Below the pieces are notes generated by a model that searched no databases, was not told the origin of the DNA, and was given only the letters and a program-made list of their open reading frames with translations. The position numbers and the translations under genes are program-made. Shown here one piece after another: positions 8,788-19,351 of a stretch of 64,000 nucleotides of DNA (position 1 is the first letter of the stretch; the number at the start of each line of letters is the position of its first letter). Location: the NCBI GenBank assembly GCA_044344255.1, contig JBIJDH010000022.1, positions 32,001 to 96,000 on the forward strand, written 5' to 3'. This DNA comes from Myxococcota bacterium (GTDB lineage: Bacteria > Myxococcota_A > UBA796 > UBA2385).

Positions 8788-9612
8788 CTATCCGACCCGC
8801 TTTGCCTCGTCTTCGGGCCAATGGCACTTCTTGTACTTCTTGCCGCTCCCGCAGGGGCAGGGGTCATTCCGCCCGATCTTGGGCGAGGCCGACGCGGGCT
8901 GCGGGCCGCTCTCGGCCTCCAGCAGCCGCCGCGCCACCGCCTCGACGCGGGCGATCCGCTCGGCGGAGGGGGTCGGGGTGAAGTGGGCCTCGGCCTCGGC
9001 GAGGTCGCTCACGTCGATGTAGAGCACGCCTTCGCCTCCGCCCTCCTCCACCGAGCGCAGCAGGGCGTCGAGCTTGGCGGTGATGGCCGGGAGATCGGCC
9101 TCCGAGCCATACCGCTGCAGGAAGTACGCCCCGAGGCCGGGCAGGGTGTCGAGGCACCGCAGGGCCCGCTCGTAGAGCAAGGGGCTCTCGAGCTGGAGCC
9201 GGACCGCGAGCTCCATCAGCGCCGCGCCGCGGGTGCCGTCGGCGTCGTCGGTGCCCTCGAGCTGAACGAGCAGCGCGGGGCCGATCTCGGGGCCGAGGGC
9301 CTCGAGCGCCCGCATCGCGACCTCGAAGAGCACGTCCCCGGGCTCGGCGGCGGCGAGCACGGTGAGGAGGGGCTCGGTGGCCTCGAGCGAGCCCACCCGG
9401 CCGAGCAGGTGCGCGGCGTGCACCGGCACGTAGCCGCCCCCGGGGGCCTCGCGGTCAGAGAGGGCGACGTCCATCAACAGCTCGATGAGCTCGGGGACCA
9501 CGGCCTCGCCGCGCTCGAGGATGTGCCGCTCGGTCGAGGCGGGGAGGGACTCGGCCGCCCGGACGAGCTGCTGCAGAAGCGTAGGGGGGGTTCGTTCACG
9601 ACGGGCCATCAT
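8788..9612 (-). CDS. SEC-C motif protein with HEAT-like helical region
   Basis: C-terminal [24 protein letters not shown] coupling to the upstream NUDIX gene. Confidence 0.85.
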   Translation of the reverse strand: MMARRERTPPTLLQQLVRAAESLPASTERHILERGEAVVPELIELLMDVALSDREAPGGGYVPVHAAHLLGRVGSLEATEPLLTVLAAAEPGDVLFEVAMRALEALGPEIGPALLVQLEGTDDADGTRGAALMELAVRLQLESPLLYERALRCLDTLPGLGAYFLQRYGSEADLPAITAKLDALLRSVEEGGGEGVLYIDVSDLAEAEAHFTPTPSAERIARVEAVARRLLEAESGPQPASASPKIGRNDPCPCGSGKKYKKCHWPEDEAKRVG

Positions 9613-10079
9613 CACACCAGGGGAGGTTCGATTGGAGCGGTGAGGAGGGGGCGGATGCAGTCCAGCAGCGGCAGATCGGCGGCGGCCCACTCGAGCTCGT
9701 CGAGGCCATCGGCCCCGACCCAGCGGAGCTCGGTGTGCTCGACCCGGACGGGCTCGCCGTGGGGCAGCGCGGCGGCGTACGCGAGGAGCTGGATCCGCCG
9801 CCGCGGCTGGTGGGCCAGGGACTCGCCGAGGAGCTCCCCGACGACGACATCGATGAGCAGCTCCTCTTGGAGCTCGCGGCGCAGGGCCTCGGCGTCGGAC
9901 TCGCCGGGCTCCACCTTGCCGCCAGGGAGCTCCCAGCGGCCCGGCTCGGACTTCTCGGGCGGGCGCTGCGCGGCCAGCAGGCGGCCCCCGCGGATCACCG
10001 CGCCGGCCACCACCCTCACGACCGGCGGCGGCCCGTGGGTCGGGTACGGCGTGTGCGGTGAAGCAGGGGGGCTGGACAT
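9612..10079 (-). CDS. NUDIX hydrolase, MutT/NudG-like
   Basis: [26 protein letters not shown]udix box, [15 protein letters not shown]. Confidence 0.9.
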   Translation of the reverse strand: MSSPPASPHTPYPTHGPPPVVRVVAGAVIRGGRLLAAQRPPEKSEPGRWELPGGKVEPGESDAEALRRELQEELLIDVVVGELLGESLAHQPRRRIQLLAYAAALPHGEPVRVEHTELRWVGADGLDELEWAAADLPLLDCIRPLLTAPIEPPLV

Positions 10080-10143
10080 TCGCCGCGCTCCGTCCGTGGC
10101 CGCCACGGTGGGCAGGGAGGGGCGGCCCGTATAGCGTGGCCGG

Positions 10144-12693
10144 ATGTCCGCCGCAGGTGCCCCGCGCTCCGCCCCTTCACCCCACTCCCTCACCCTCTCC
10201 CCCTCCCAGGACGGCGGCGGCCTGCACGCGGGCGGGCTCCAGGCGGGCGGGATCCACGCCCAGCTCGGGCCCACCAACACCGGGAAGACCCACCGCGCCA
10301 TCCGCAGGCTGCTCGGTCACCGCAGCGGCATGATCGGGCTGCCGCTCCGCCTGCTGGCGCGGGAGGTCTACGATCGAATCAAGGCGGAGAAGGGCGAGCA
10401 GGCCGTCGCCCTCATCACCGGCGAGGAGAAGCGGGCCCCTGCGAGCGCGCGCTACTTCGTCTGCACCGTCGAGGCGATGCCCCTCGACCGGCCGGTAGAG
10501 TTCCTGGCGGTCGACGAGATCCAGCTCGCCGCCCATCGTGAGCGGGGCCACACCTTTACAGACCGCCTGCTCCACGCCCGCGGCCTCCGCGAGACCTGGT
10601 TCATGGGCTCGGACACGATGGCCGCCCTGCTGCCGAGCGTGGTGCCCACGGCCTCGATCGAGGGCAACCCGCGGCTCTCGAAGCTCCGCTACGCCGGGCC
10701 CAGCCGCCTGAAGGAGCTCCCTCCCCGCACCGCCCTCGTCGCCTTCTCCACCGCTCAGGTCTACGCTCTGGCCGAGCGCGTGCGGCGCGAGCGGGGCGGC
10801 GCCGCCGTGGTGCTGGGCGCCCTCTCCCCCCGCACCCGCAACGCCCAGGTAGCGCTCTACCAGAACGGGGAGGTGCCGATCCTCGTCGCCACCGACGCTA
10901 TCGGCATGGGCCTCAACATGGACGTCGACCACGTCTGCTTCGCCGACCTCCACAAGTTCGACGGCGCCGAGCACCGGCGCCTCGAGCCCGCCGAGATGGC
11001 CCAGATCGCAGGCCGGGCCGGCCGCTACCGCAGAGACGGCACCTTCGGCGTCCTCGCCGACGGCGGTGACCTCGAGGGGGCCGAGATCGAGGCCATCGAG
11101 GCGCACCGCTTCGCCCCCGTGACCCGCCTGTGGTGGCGGAGCAGCGACCTCGACCTCGACAGCCTCGACGGGCTCATCGCCTCGCTCCAGGCTCGCCCCC
11201 GCCGCGGCTGGATGCGGGCCGCCGAGAAGGCGGAAGATCAGGCCTCGCTCCTCGCCCTCGCCGCCGATCCCGGCGTCCGCGCGCTCGCCCGCGGGCCGGC
11301 GGCGGTGGGGCTGCTCTGGGAGGTGGCCCGCATCCCCGACTTCCGCCACACCCTCGAGGGCAGCCACCATCGGCTCCAGGCCGCCCTCTACCGCTACCTC
11401 ACCGGCCCCACCGGGCGCGTGCCGGCGGCCTGGGTGAGGGAGCGCGTGGAGCGCCTCGACCGCCCCGACGACGACATCGACAACCTGCTCACGCGCATCG
11501 CCTACATCCGCACCTGGACCTACGTGAGCCAGCGGTCGGACTGGGTGGAGGAGGCCGAGGCCTTGCAGGAGCAGGCCCGCCTCATCGAAGATCGGCTGAG
11601 CGACGCGCTCCACGCCCGCCTCACCGCGCGCTTCGTCGACCACCGCACCGGGCTCATCCTCGGCGGCAAGGCGCAGGGGGCCCCGGTGACCGCGATCTCC
11701 GACGATGGCGCCCTCTCCGTAGGCGGGCACGCGCTCGGCCGTTGGACCGGCTTCGACCTCGAGCTCAGCGACATCCGCGACCGCAACGAGGCCCGCGTGC
11801 TCGGGCAGGCGGCCCGGGGCGCGCTCGAGGCGCGGGTGGCGGAGCGGCTGGGGCGCCTGCTCGCGGCGCCCCACGTCGACATCGCGCTGGACGACCAGCG
11901 GCGGCTCGTCTGGGAGGGGGCCGCCCTGGCCGAGGTGGTGGCCGGGCCGAGCCCGCTCAGCGCCGAGGTCAAGCTCCGCCCCCTCGAGCTGCTCGGCCCC
12001 ACACAGCGGCGACAGGCCCACCAGCGCCTCCTCCGCTGGACCCGCGAGGCCCTCGAGGCCCTGCTCTCCCCCCTCCGCCCCGCCGCGGGGGGCCCGCCCG
12101 TCTCCGCCGCCGTGCGCGGCGTGGCCTACGCCGTCGAGCGCGGGCTCGGCATCGCCCCCGTCGAGGCCGTGTGGGAGCACCTCCAAGCCCTCGACCCCGC
12201 CGACCGCCGGGCGCTCGCCCGCCTCGACCTCCGCCTCGGACAGCGCTGGGTCTACTCCCACTCGCTCCTCAAGGCCGAGGCCCTCTCCGCCCGCGCCCGC
12301 TGGTGGGCCGTCTTCCAGGGGGAGGAGGACGTGCCGGCCCTGCCCCGGCCCGGCGCCGCCTCGGTCGCGGTGACCGCCCGCGCCGACTTCTACGTCGCCA
12401 TCAGCTACCCCCCGCTCGGCGGGCGCGCGGTGCGGGTCGATCTCGCCGAGCGCCTCGCCGCCGAGCTGCGCGCCCTGGCCCGCCGCGGCCCCTTCCAGCT
12501 CCCCGGCGAGGTGTCGGCGGGCATCGGCTGCCCCGCGGCGGCGATGCCCGGCGTGATGGCGGCCCTCGGATACAGTCCGGTGGGGGACTGGAGCGAGACG
12601 CCCAACCGCTACGGGGTCGAGGGTCGGCCGCGGGGGCCGGCCCCTACGGGGGCGAGAGGATCCAGTCCAGCGGCCCGTGATCGACGCCGTTGA
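10144..12693 (+). CDS. SUV3/MgpS-like ATP-dependent helicase
   Basis: [47 protein letters not shown]. Confidence 0.92.
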   Translation: MSAAGAPRSAPSPHSLTLSPSQDGGGLHAGGLQAGGIHAQLGPTNTGKTHRAIRRLLGHRSGMIGLPLRLLAREVYDRIKAEKGEQAVALITGEEKRAPASARYFVCTVEAMPLDRPVEFLAVDEIQLAAHRERGHTFTDRLLHARGLRETWFMGSDTMAALLPSVVPTASIEGNPRLSKLRYAGPSRLKELPPRTALVAFSTAQVYALAERVRRERGGAAVVLGALSPRTRNAQVALYQNGEVPILVATDAIGMGLNMDVDHVCFADLHKFDGAEHRRLEPAEMAQIAGRAGRYRRDGTFGVLADGGDLEGAEIEAIEAHRFAPVTRLWWRSSDLDLDSLDGLIASLQARPRRGWMRAAEKAEDQASLLALAADPGVRALARGPAAVGLLWEVARIPDFRHTLEGSHHRLQAALYRYLTGPTGRVPAAWVRERVERLDRPDDDIDNLLTRIAYIRTWTYVSQRSDWVEEAEALQEQARLIEDRLSDALHARLTARFVDHRTGLILGGKAQGAPVTAISDDGALSVGGHALGRWTGFDLELSDIRDRNEARVLGQAARGALEARVAERLGRLLAAPHVDIALDDQRRLVWEGAALAEVVAGPSPLSAEVKLRPLELLGPTQRRQAHQRLLRWTREALEALLSPLRPAAGGPPVSAAVRGVAYAVERGLGIAPVEAVWEHLQALDPADRRALARLDLRLGQRWVYSHSLLKAEALSARARWWAVFQGEEDVPALPRPGAASVAVTARADFYVAISYPPLGGRAVRVDLAERLAAELRALARRGPFQLPGEVSAGIGCPAAAMPGVMAALGYSPVGDWSETPNRYGVEGRPRGPAPTGARGSSPAARDRRR

Positions 12694-13735
12694 CGCGGAG
12701 GTGGAGGCGCTGGGGCCCCGGGCGGAGGGGGCGGGTGGAGACGGGCCGGGTGGAGAGCCTCCCGGTGAACCGCCAGCGCTCCCCCGCCGCCACCGCGCGG
12801 ACCGCCCCTCGGAAGGTGCGGCTGGACCAGGCCCCGGCGCGGGCCCCCGGCCAGGACCAGACGAGGTCGATCCGCACCGTCACCGCGGCGTCGACGGTGA
12901 CGTCGGCCTCGACCTCCAGGGCCTCGCCCACCCGCAGGGCGGCGCTGGTCAGCCGGAGCGCGAGGACGCTCACCCCGCCGTCGCCCTGGCCGAGGAGGCG
13001 CAGCGCGCCGGGGTGGCCCTTCTTCAGCAGGTCCCGCAGCCCGTGCGTGACGAGGGCTCGCCGCGACGGGGCCCGGGCCAGCCACTCGCCCATCCAGGCG
13101 ACCGTGCCGTCTGGATCGAGCTTCCCGAGGTCACCGACGTGGTTGGCCACCGAGCGGCGGACGTAGTCCGAGGGATCGTCGGCGAGGCGGTCGAGCAGCG
13201 GCCGGGCGCGGCCATCGGCCGGCAGGTGGAGGCCCCAGGGGAGCTTCGGCCGGCTCCCTTCGCTCACGAGGCGCCGAACGTGGGGGTCGGGATCCCCCAC
13301 CCAACGCGCGAGGGCGGCCCAGGCGGGCTCAGGCGCGTCGCGGAGCAGCGGTCGGATCGCGAACTCGGCGGAGAAGCGGCGCGTCATCTCGCGGAGGGCA
13401 ACGAGGCTCCGCTCGGGGTCCGCGAGGCCGTGGTCCTCCACCACCTGGAGGAGGGGCCAGAGGCGCATCCCGCCGGTGGTGCCATCCGTGCCCTCGAGCG
13501 GCGGTGGCAGCGCGGCCACGAGGAGCCGCAGCGCCTCGGGCCACTGCGCAGGGAGCGCGGCCCGCAAGGCCAGGGCCACCTGCTTCACCCGCGCCTTGAG
13601 GGCCAGCGGGCCGAGGTCTCGGCTGGCCTCGATGACGAAGGCGGGGGCGTCGAAGGACGGGTACGCGGCGCAGAGGCGCGCGGCGATGTCCTCGATGGCC
13701 TCGCGGTTGATCAGCTCTTTGAAGGGCTCGGCCAT
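12644..13735 (-). CDS. DNA alkylation repair protein (AlkC-like HEAT-repeat glycosylase with C-terminal beta domain)
   Basis: TRRFSAEFAIRP, VRRLVSEGSRPKLPW, DDPSDYVRRSVAN. Confidence 0.88.
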   Translation of the reverse strand: MAEPFKELINREAIEDIAARLCAAYPSFDAPAFVIEASRDLGPLALKARVKQVALALRAALPAQWPEALRLLVAALPPPLEGTDGTTGGMRLWPLLQVVEDHGLADPERSLVALREMTRRFSAEFAIRPLLRDAPEPAWAALARWVGDPDPHVRRLVSEGSRPKLPWGLHLPADGRARPLLDRLADDPSDYVRRSVANHVGDLGKLDPDGTVAWMGEWLARAPSRRALVTHGLRDLLKKGHPGALRLLGQGDGGVSVLALRLTSAALRVGEALEVEADVTVDAAVTVRIDLVWSWPGARAGAWSSRTFRGAVRAVAAGERWRFTGRLSTRPVSTRPLRPGPQRLHLRVNGVDHGPLDWILSPP

Positions 13736-13766
13736 CTCTACCTCGTCGAGGTTGGACTCCCTCCGC

Positions 13767-14279
13767 TCAAGGGGGCGGCGCCTGGCCGGCCACCGCGCCG
13801 AGCGAGGCGAGCAGGCGGGCGATGCGCACACCGTAGTTCACGTCGGGCACGGTGACGGCGGTCTTTCGACCTTGCTTCGTCATCAGATGCAGGGCCGTGA
13901 AGACCATGCCCCGCCGCTCCACCACCATGAGGTGCATGCGCACGATCTCCGCGGGGCGCGAGTACACGAAGCGGCGCAGCAGGAAGATGCGGATCCAGAA
14001 CCAGGCCCAGGTGCCCCCGCCGACGAGGCCGATGAACAGCCCCATCAGCACGCACACCACCATCGCCACCACCTCGTCGGGGCGGTGAGGGGCGAAGGCG
14101 GCGAGGCCCAGCATGCCCATGCAGCAGAGCACGCTCACGGCGCCGAAGCAGCCCCAGAGCATGAGGTTGCCCCGCACGCAGGGCTCGACCAGCAGCTTGA
14201 GGTCAGCCCGGGCCTGCGCCGGATCGGCGGCCGGCGTGCTGGGGACATCAATAGACAGCGTGCTGTTTCGGCCGGCCAT
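13767..14279 (-). CDS. Hypothetical membrane protein (2 TM)
   Basis: Two hydrophobic segments, co-oriented upstream of the AlkC-like gene. Confidence 0.6.
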   Translation of the reverse strand: MAGRNSTLSIDVPSTPAADPAQARADLKLLVEPCVRGNLMLWGCFGAVSVLCCMGMLGLAAFAPHRPDEVVAMVVCVLMGLFIGLVGGGTWAWFWIRIFLLRRFVYSRPAEIVRMHLMVVERRGMVFTALHLMTKQGRKTAVTVPDVNYGVRIARLLASLGAVAGQAPPP

Positions 14280-14300
14280 CGCGCGTCACCTCAGAGGGGC

Positions 14301-14343
14301 CGCTTATGCGAAGGACCCGGAGTTGGCAGCCCTCGCATAAGCG
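14301..14343. promoter_or_regulatory. 11-bp perfect inverted repeat in a divergent intergenic region
   Basis: CGCTTATGCGA (14301-14311) ... TCGCATAAGCG (14333-14343), 21-bp spacer. Confidence 0.55.
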
Positions 14344-14388
14344 CTCCGCGTGCGCTATCGTGGGGGGAGTCACAACTGTGGAGCCTCG

Positions 14389-17334
14389 ATGCCGTCTCCT
14401 CGCCGCCCCTATCCTCGCTGCTCATCCCCGTACGCCCTCATCGCATTGCTCGGGGTCCTCAGCGCGTGCGGCGGGGGCATCAGCCCCAAAGCAGACCAGA
14501 GCACCGAGCGCGATCCCACCTGGGGCGACACCCCCACGCCCACCGACAGCGGCGGCGTAGACACCGGCGATCCGCTGCCCGCGGCCGACTGGGCGCTCGT
14601 GGCGTCGGACACGAAGTCGGCCCTGATGAGCATCCACGGCCGCGGCCCCGATGATGTCTATGCCGTCGGCGCCGACGACGGTTCGGGCGGCCTCATCCTC
14701 CACTACGACGGCAGCAGCTGGAGCCGGGTCACGAACGGCGACAAGCACGACCTGTGGTGGGTCGAGACCTTCCCCGACGGCTCCGCCATCGCCGCCGGCT
14801 CGGGCGGCACCATCCTCCGCGACAAGGGCGACGGCGCCGGCTTCGTCCGCGACGTCACCCCCGGCCTCGGCTCGCAGACGATCTACGGCGTCTGGGGCTC
14901 GGGCTCCGACGACCTCTGGGCGGTCGGCGGCTTCGCCGGCCGCTGGGGCTTCCTCTGGCACTGGGACGGTGAGTCCTGGACCAACCAGGAGCTCCCCGAC
15001 GGCCTCCCCCTCTCCGCCGATGGCGAGCTCCCCGCCCTGTTCAAGGTCTGGGGCCGCGCCGCCGACGACGTCTGGGTGGTGGGCGGCAACGGCACCATCC
15101 TCCACTACGACGGCGCCGCCTGGTCGGTGATCGACGGCGGCACCGATCAGCTCCTGTTCACGGTGCACGGAAACGCGGACGAGGTCGTGATCGTCGGCCC
15201 CGAGACGGTGCTCGTGGGCGGCCTCGACGGCTTCACCAACCAGGTCCCCGAGGGCGCCGGCATCCTCCAAGGCGCCTGCACCGAGCCCGACGGCGGTGTG
15301 CTGGTGAGCGGGCAGAGCGGCACGCTGTGGGTGCTCTCGGTCGAGGGGGAGTGGGAGCAGCAGGTCAACACCTTTGGCGTGAGCCCGGAGTCGCTGCACG
15401 CCACCTGGGTCGACCCGACCGGCGGGCGCTGGTCGGTGGGCGGGAGCGTGCTCTCCGGCGCCCTCGACCAGGGCATCGTCGTGCACCAGGGCGAGCTGGC
15501 CTCGACCTACACCCGGCCGGCCGATCCCGATCCCATCCCCGCCTCCTGCTCTGCCGACGACATCGACCCCGACCCCTCCGGCTCGATGGCCCGCCGCTGG
15601 AACGAGCAGCTCCTGAACGCGATCCGCCGCGACATCCCGCGGCCGGTGGTGCACGCGCGCAACCTCTTCCACACCTCGGCCGCGATGTGGGACGCCTGGG
15701 CCGTCTATGACGACACCGCCGATCCGTACCTCGGTGAGCCGCGCGTCACTTTGGCGGATCCGGGAACCCTCGAAGCGGACCGCGACGTCGCCATCTCCTA
15801 CGCCGCCTATCGGGTGCTCACCCACCGCTACACCGGCCAGATCGGCGGTGAGACGAGCGTGGCCTGCTTTAACGCCTTCATGGACAGCCTCGGCCTCGAC
15901 CCCGACGACGCCCACACCGACGGCGAGGCCGACGATCCCATCGCCCTCGGAAACCGCATCGGTCAGGCCTACATCGACGCCTTCGCCGACGACGGATCCA
16001 ACGAGGCCAACAACTACGCCGACACCACCGCCTGGGTCTCGCCGAACGCCCCGCTCGTGGTCGACAACCCCGGCAACGTGATGGTGGAGCCGAGCCAGTT
16101 CCAGCTCCTCAACCTCGCCAACGCCGAGACGCAGAACGGCATCGTGCTCGAGAGCGGCAACCAGAAGTACATCGGCGCCCAGTGGGGCCTCGTCACCCCC
16201 TTCGCCCTCGGCGATCACACGGGCACCTACGGCTACATCGACCCCGGCGGTGAGCCCCTGGCCTCCGACCCCGAGATGGCCGAGTGGGTCCTCGACGTGC
16301 TGCGTAAGAACGCGCTGCTCGACCCCAACCTCGATGGCACCCTCGACATCTCCCCGGGCGCCTACGGCAACAACAGCCTCGGACAGAACGACGGCGCGGG
16401 TCATCCTGTAAACCCGATCACCGGCCTGCCCTACGCGGCGAACGTGGTGAAGATGGGTGACTTCGGCCGCGTGCTGGCCGAGTTCTGGGCCGATGGCCCC
16501 GCCTCGGAGACGCCCCCCGGCCACTGGAACACGATCGCCAACTACGTGAGCGACGAGGCCGATCAGGACACCCTCGGCGAGGCCGCCTTCGGGGCGCCGA
16601 TGGACCGCCTCGCCTGGGACCTGCACCTCTACTTCGCGATGAACGGCGCCCTGCACGACGCCGCCATCACCTCCTGGGGCCTCAAGCGCGAGTACACGGC
16701 GTCGCGGCCGATCAGCCTCATCCGCTGGATGGCCTCCCAGGGCCAGCGCTCCGATCCCACGCTGCCCTCCTACAGCCCCGACGGCCTGCCCCTGGAGGCG
16801 GGCGTCACCGAGCTCATCACCGCCGAGAGCAGCGCGCCCGGTGAGCGCCACCACAACCTGCGCGTCTTCCAGGGCGAGGTGGCGGTCAAGATGTGGCTCG
16901 GCGAGCCGGGAGACCGCGCCAACCAGACCACCGGGACGGGCTGGGCGCGGGCCAAGGAGTGGTTCCCCTATCAGCGCCGCACCTTCGTGACCCCGGCCTT
17001 CCCCGGCTACACCTCGGGCCACAGCACCTTCTCGCGCTCGGCCGCCGAGGTGCTCACCCTGCTCACGGGCTCCGCCTACTTCCCCGGCGGCCTGGGCGAA
17101 TTCGACGCCCCGGCGGGCACCTACCTCGTCTTCGAGGACGGCCCCTCCGAGACCATCACGCTCCAGTGGGCCACCTTCCAGGACGCCGCCGATCAGGCTG
17201 GACAGTCGCGCATCTACGGGGGGATCCACATCTTCCCGGATGACCAGTACGGCCGGGAGGCCGGCTACACCGTCGGTCATATGGCCGTAGACGAGTCCAG
17301 CGCCTGGTTCGACGGCACCGCCATCGCCGACTGA
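14389..17334 (+). CDS. Lipoprotein: N-terminal beta-propeller-like repeats fused to a vanadium-dependent haloperoxidase (PAP2 superfamily) domain
   Basis: Lipobox LSAC. Repeats VWG..DDVWVVG..GTILHYDG. ARRWNEQLL..IRRD.PRP, FWADGP..ETPPGHWN, PAFPGYTSGHSTFS, SRIYGGIH. Confidence 0.88.
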   Translation: MPSPRRPYPRCSSPYALIALLGVLSACGGGISPKADQSTERDPTWGDTPTPTDSGGVDTGDPLPAADWALVASDTKSALMSIHGRGPDDVYAVGADDGSGGLILHYDGSSWSRVTNGDKHDLWWVETFPDGSAIAAGSGGTILRDKGDGAGFVRDVTPGLGSQTIYGVWGSGSDDLWAVGGFAGRWGFLWHWDGESWTNQELPDGLPLSADGELPALFKVWGRAADDVWVVGGNGTILHYDGAAWSVIDGGTDQLLFTVHGNADEVVIVGPETVLVGGLDGFTNQVPEGAGILQGACTEPDGGVLVSGQSGTLWVLSVEGEWEQQVNTFGVSPESLHATWVDPTGGRWSVGGSVLSGALDQGIVVHQGELASTYTRPADPDPIPASCSADDIDPDPSGSMARRWNEQLLNAIRRDIPRPVVHARNLFHTSAAMWDAWAVYDDTADPYLGEPRVTLADPGTLEADRDVAISYAAYRVLTHRYTGQIGGETSVACFNAFMDSLGLDPDDAHTDGEADDPIALGNRIGQAYIDAFADDGSNEANNYADTTAWVSPNAPLVVDNPGNVMVEPSQFQLLNLANAETQNGIVLESGNQKYIGAQWGLVTPFALGDHTGTYGYIDPGGEPLASDPEMAEWVLDVLRKNALLDPNLDGTLDISPGAYGNNSLGQNDGAGHPVNPITGLPYAANVVKMGDFGRVLAEFWADGPASETPPGHWNTIANYVSDEADQDTLGEAAFGAPMDRLAWDLHLYFAMNGALHDAAITSWGLKREYTASRPISLIRWMASQGQRSDPTLPSYSPDGLPLEAGVTELITAESSAPGERHHNLRVFQGEVAVKMWLGEPGDRANQTTGTGWARAKEWFPYQRRTFVTPAFPGYTSGHSTFSRSAAEVLTLLTGSAYFPGGLGEFDAPAGTYLVFEDGPSETITLQWATFQDAADQAGQSRIYGGIHIFPDDQYGREAGYTVGHMAVDESSAWFDGTAIAD

Positions 17335-17361
17335 GCGCCGCGCGCGCGGCGTCGCCCGGCC

Positions 17362-18192
<831 letters not shown>

Positions 18193-18365
18193 CGAGGGCT
18201 CCTTGTCCCATCCTCCTACACACAGCCCCCGGGCGCGGCTGGACCCCGCCGCGGGACGGGCTGTTCCGTGCGCGCAACACCTCGGGCTGGGGCCTCCCCC
18301 GCGCCTCCCCCGCGCCTCTCGCGGCCGAGGCCCCCCTCGATCGCTCCGCCTGGCTGCGCGGTCGC

Positions 18366-18938
18366 TCAGCCGAGCGGGGCCACCCCGATCAGCCACTTGT
18401 GGAAGAAGAGCAAGGTCACCGCGTACAAGCCGAGGCCCCCGACCACACAGATGAGGTCGTTCCAGCGCCCCCGCGGCGCCCCCGGAACCGGGCGGACGGG
18501 CCGCCACCGCAGCGAGAGCAAGTCCAGCGCCGCCCACACGAGGAAGGCGCCGAACAGGGCGAGATCGTGGAGCGCCCCGTTCACCAGCAGGTGCGATGCG
18601 GCCCACAGGCCCACCGCCAGCAGCATCGGGTTCTTCACCGCGTCCGAGATCCGCCCCGGCATGTACGCGGCGAACAGCAACGGGAAGAAGGGCAGCATCA
18701 GGGCGAGCACGCCGTGCCGGAGCCCAAAGGGCGGCCACCAGAGGAAGACGGGGCTCCGCCGCGCCACGGCGTAGCCGAAGACGACGAGCCCGAGGCCGAC
18801 CATCGAAACCAGGGAGTACAGCCCCTTCCAGGCGTTCTCCCCCATGCGGGCTACCATGGCGTCTCGCCAGCGGTTGGCCACGATCGACACCGAGTGCACG
18901 CCGAGGAAGAGGCCGAGGCCGAGGACGAGCAACAGCAT
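18366..18938 (-). CDS. nnrU: NnrU-family membrane protein
   Basis: LFLGVHS, WKGLYSLVS, KNPML..V.LWA.SHLLVNG, H.WLIGV.P. Confidence 0.88.
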   Translation of the reverse strand: MLLLVLGLGLFLGVHSVSIVANRWRDAMVARMGENAWKGLYSLVSMVGLGLVVFGYAVARRSPVFLWWPPFGLRHGVLALMLPFFPLLFAAYMPGRISDAVKNPMLLAVGLWAASHLLVNGALHDLALFGAFLVWAALDLLSLRWRPVRPVPGAPRGRWNDLICVVGGLGLYAVTLLFFHKWLIGVAPLG

Positions 18939-19351
18939 GTTCAGCGCTCCCTTTGCCTCGACCCCCTATCGGCTCCGCCCCGCGTGGCGAGCCGCCTCAC
19001 CCCCCGGCTCCCCGAGGCTCACCGGGCCACAACATAGGTCCTCCCCCTATCTCCTCCCAGCGGGCTGATCTCCAGCAGGTTCGGTTCGTTCTACAGCGGC
19101 AGGCTCGAAGGGGCGGGAATAGATCCAAGACGTTCCCAAGGGGAACAACGAGTCCGCTCAGAGGAGCCTCAAGTCCCCCTGAGTCTACGTACCGTCCACC
19201 GCCTTTGAAATGGTTCGAAGACCCTCGCGCTGCTCAACAGCGCACGGTGCAGGTGTAAGATTCGGTAGCCCGCTCGACGCCTCACGCGCCCCGCTCACCC
19301 CGAACACCTGAGGGAGTCCGACTCCCCACCCCATCTGATCGGAGCCCCGTC

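Noticed and set aside
9612..13735. NUDIX + helicase + AlkC-like genes as a dedicated DNA-repair system
   Set aside because: Divergent/convergent orientations and common housekeeping families give no evidence of a unit.
19040..19350. c-di-GMP/cGAMP (GEMM) riboswitch or FNR box upstream of the MtrC-like gene
   Set aside because: Only short hairpins (GTTCCC/GGGAAC, GCGCTG/CAGCGC) and a weak TTGAA-N4-TTCGA. Neither consensus is met.
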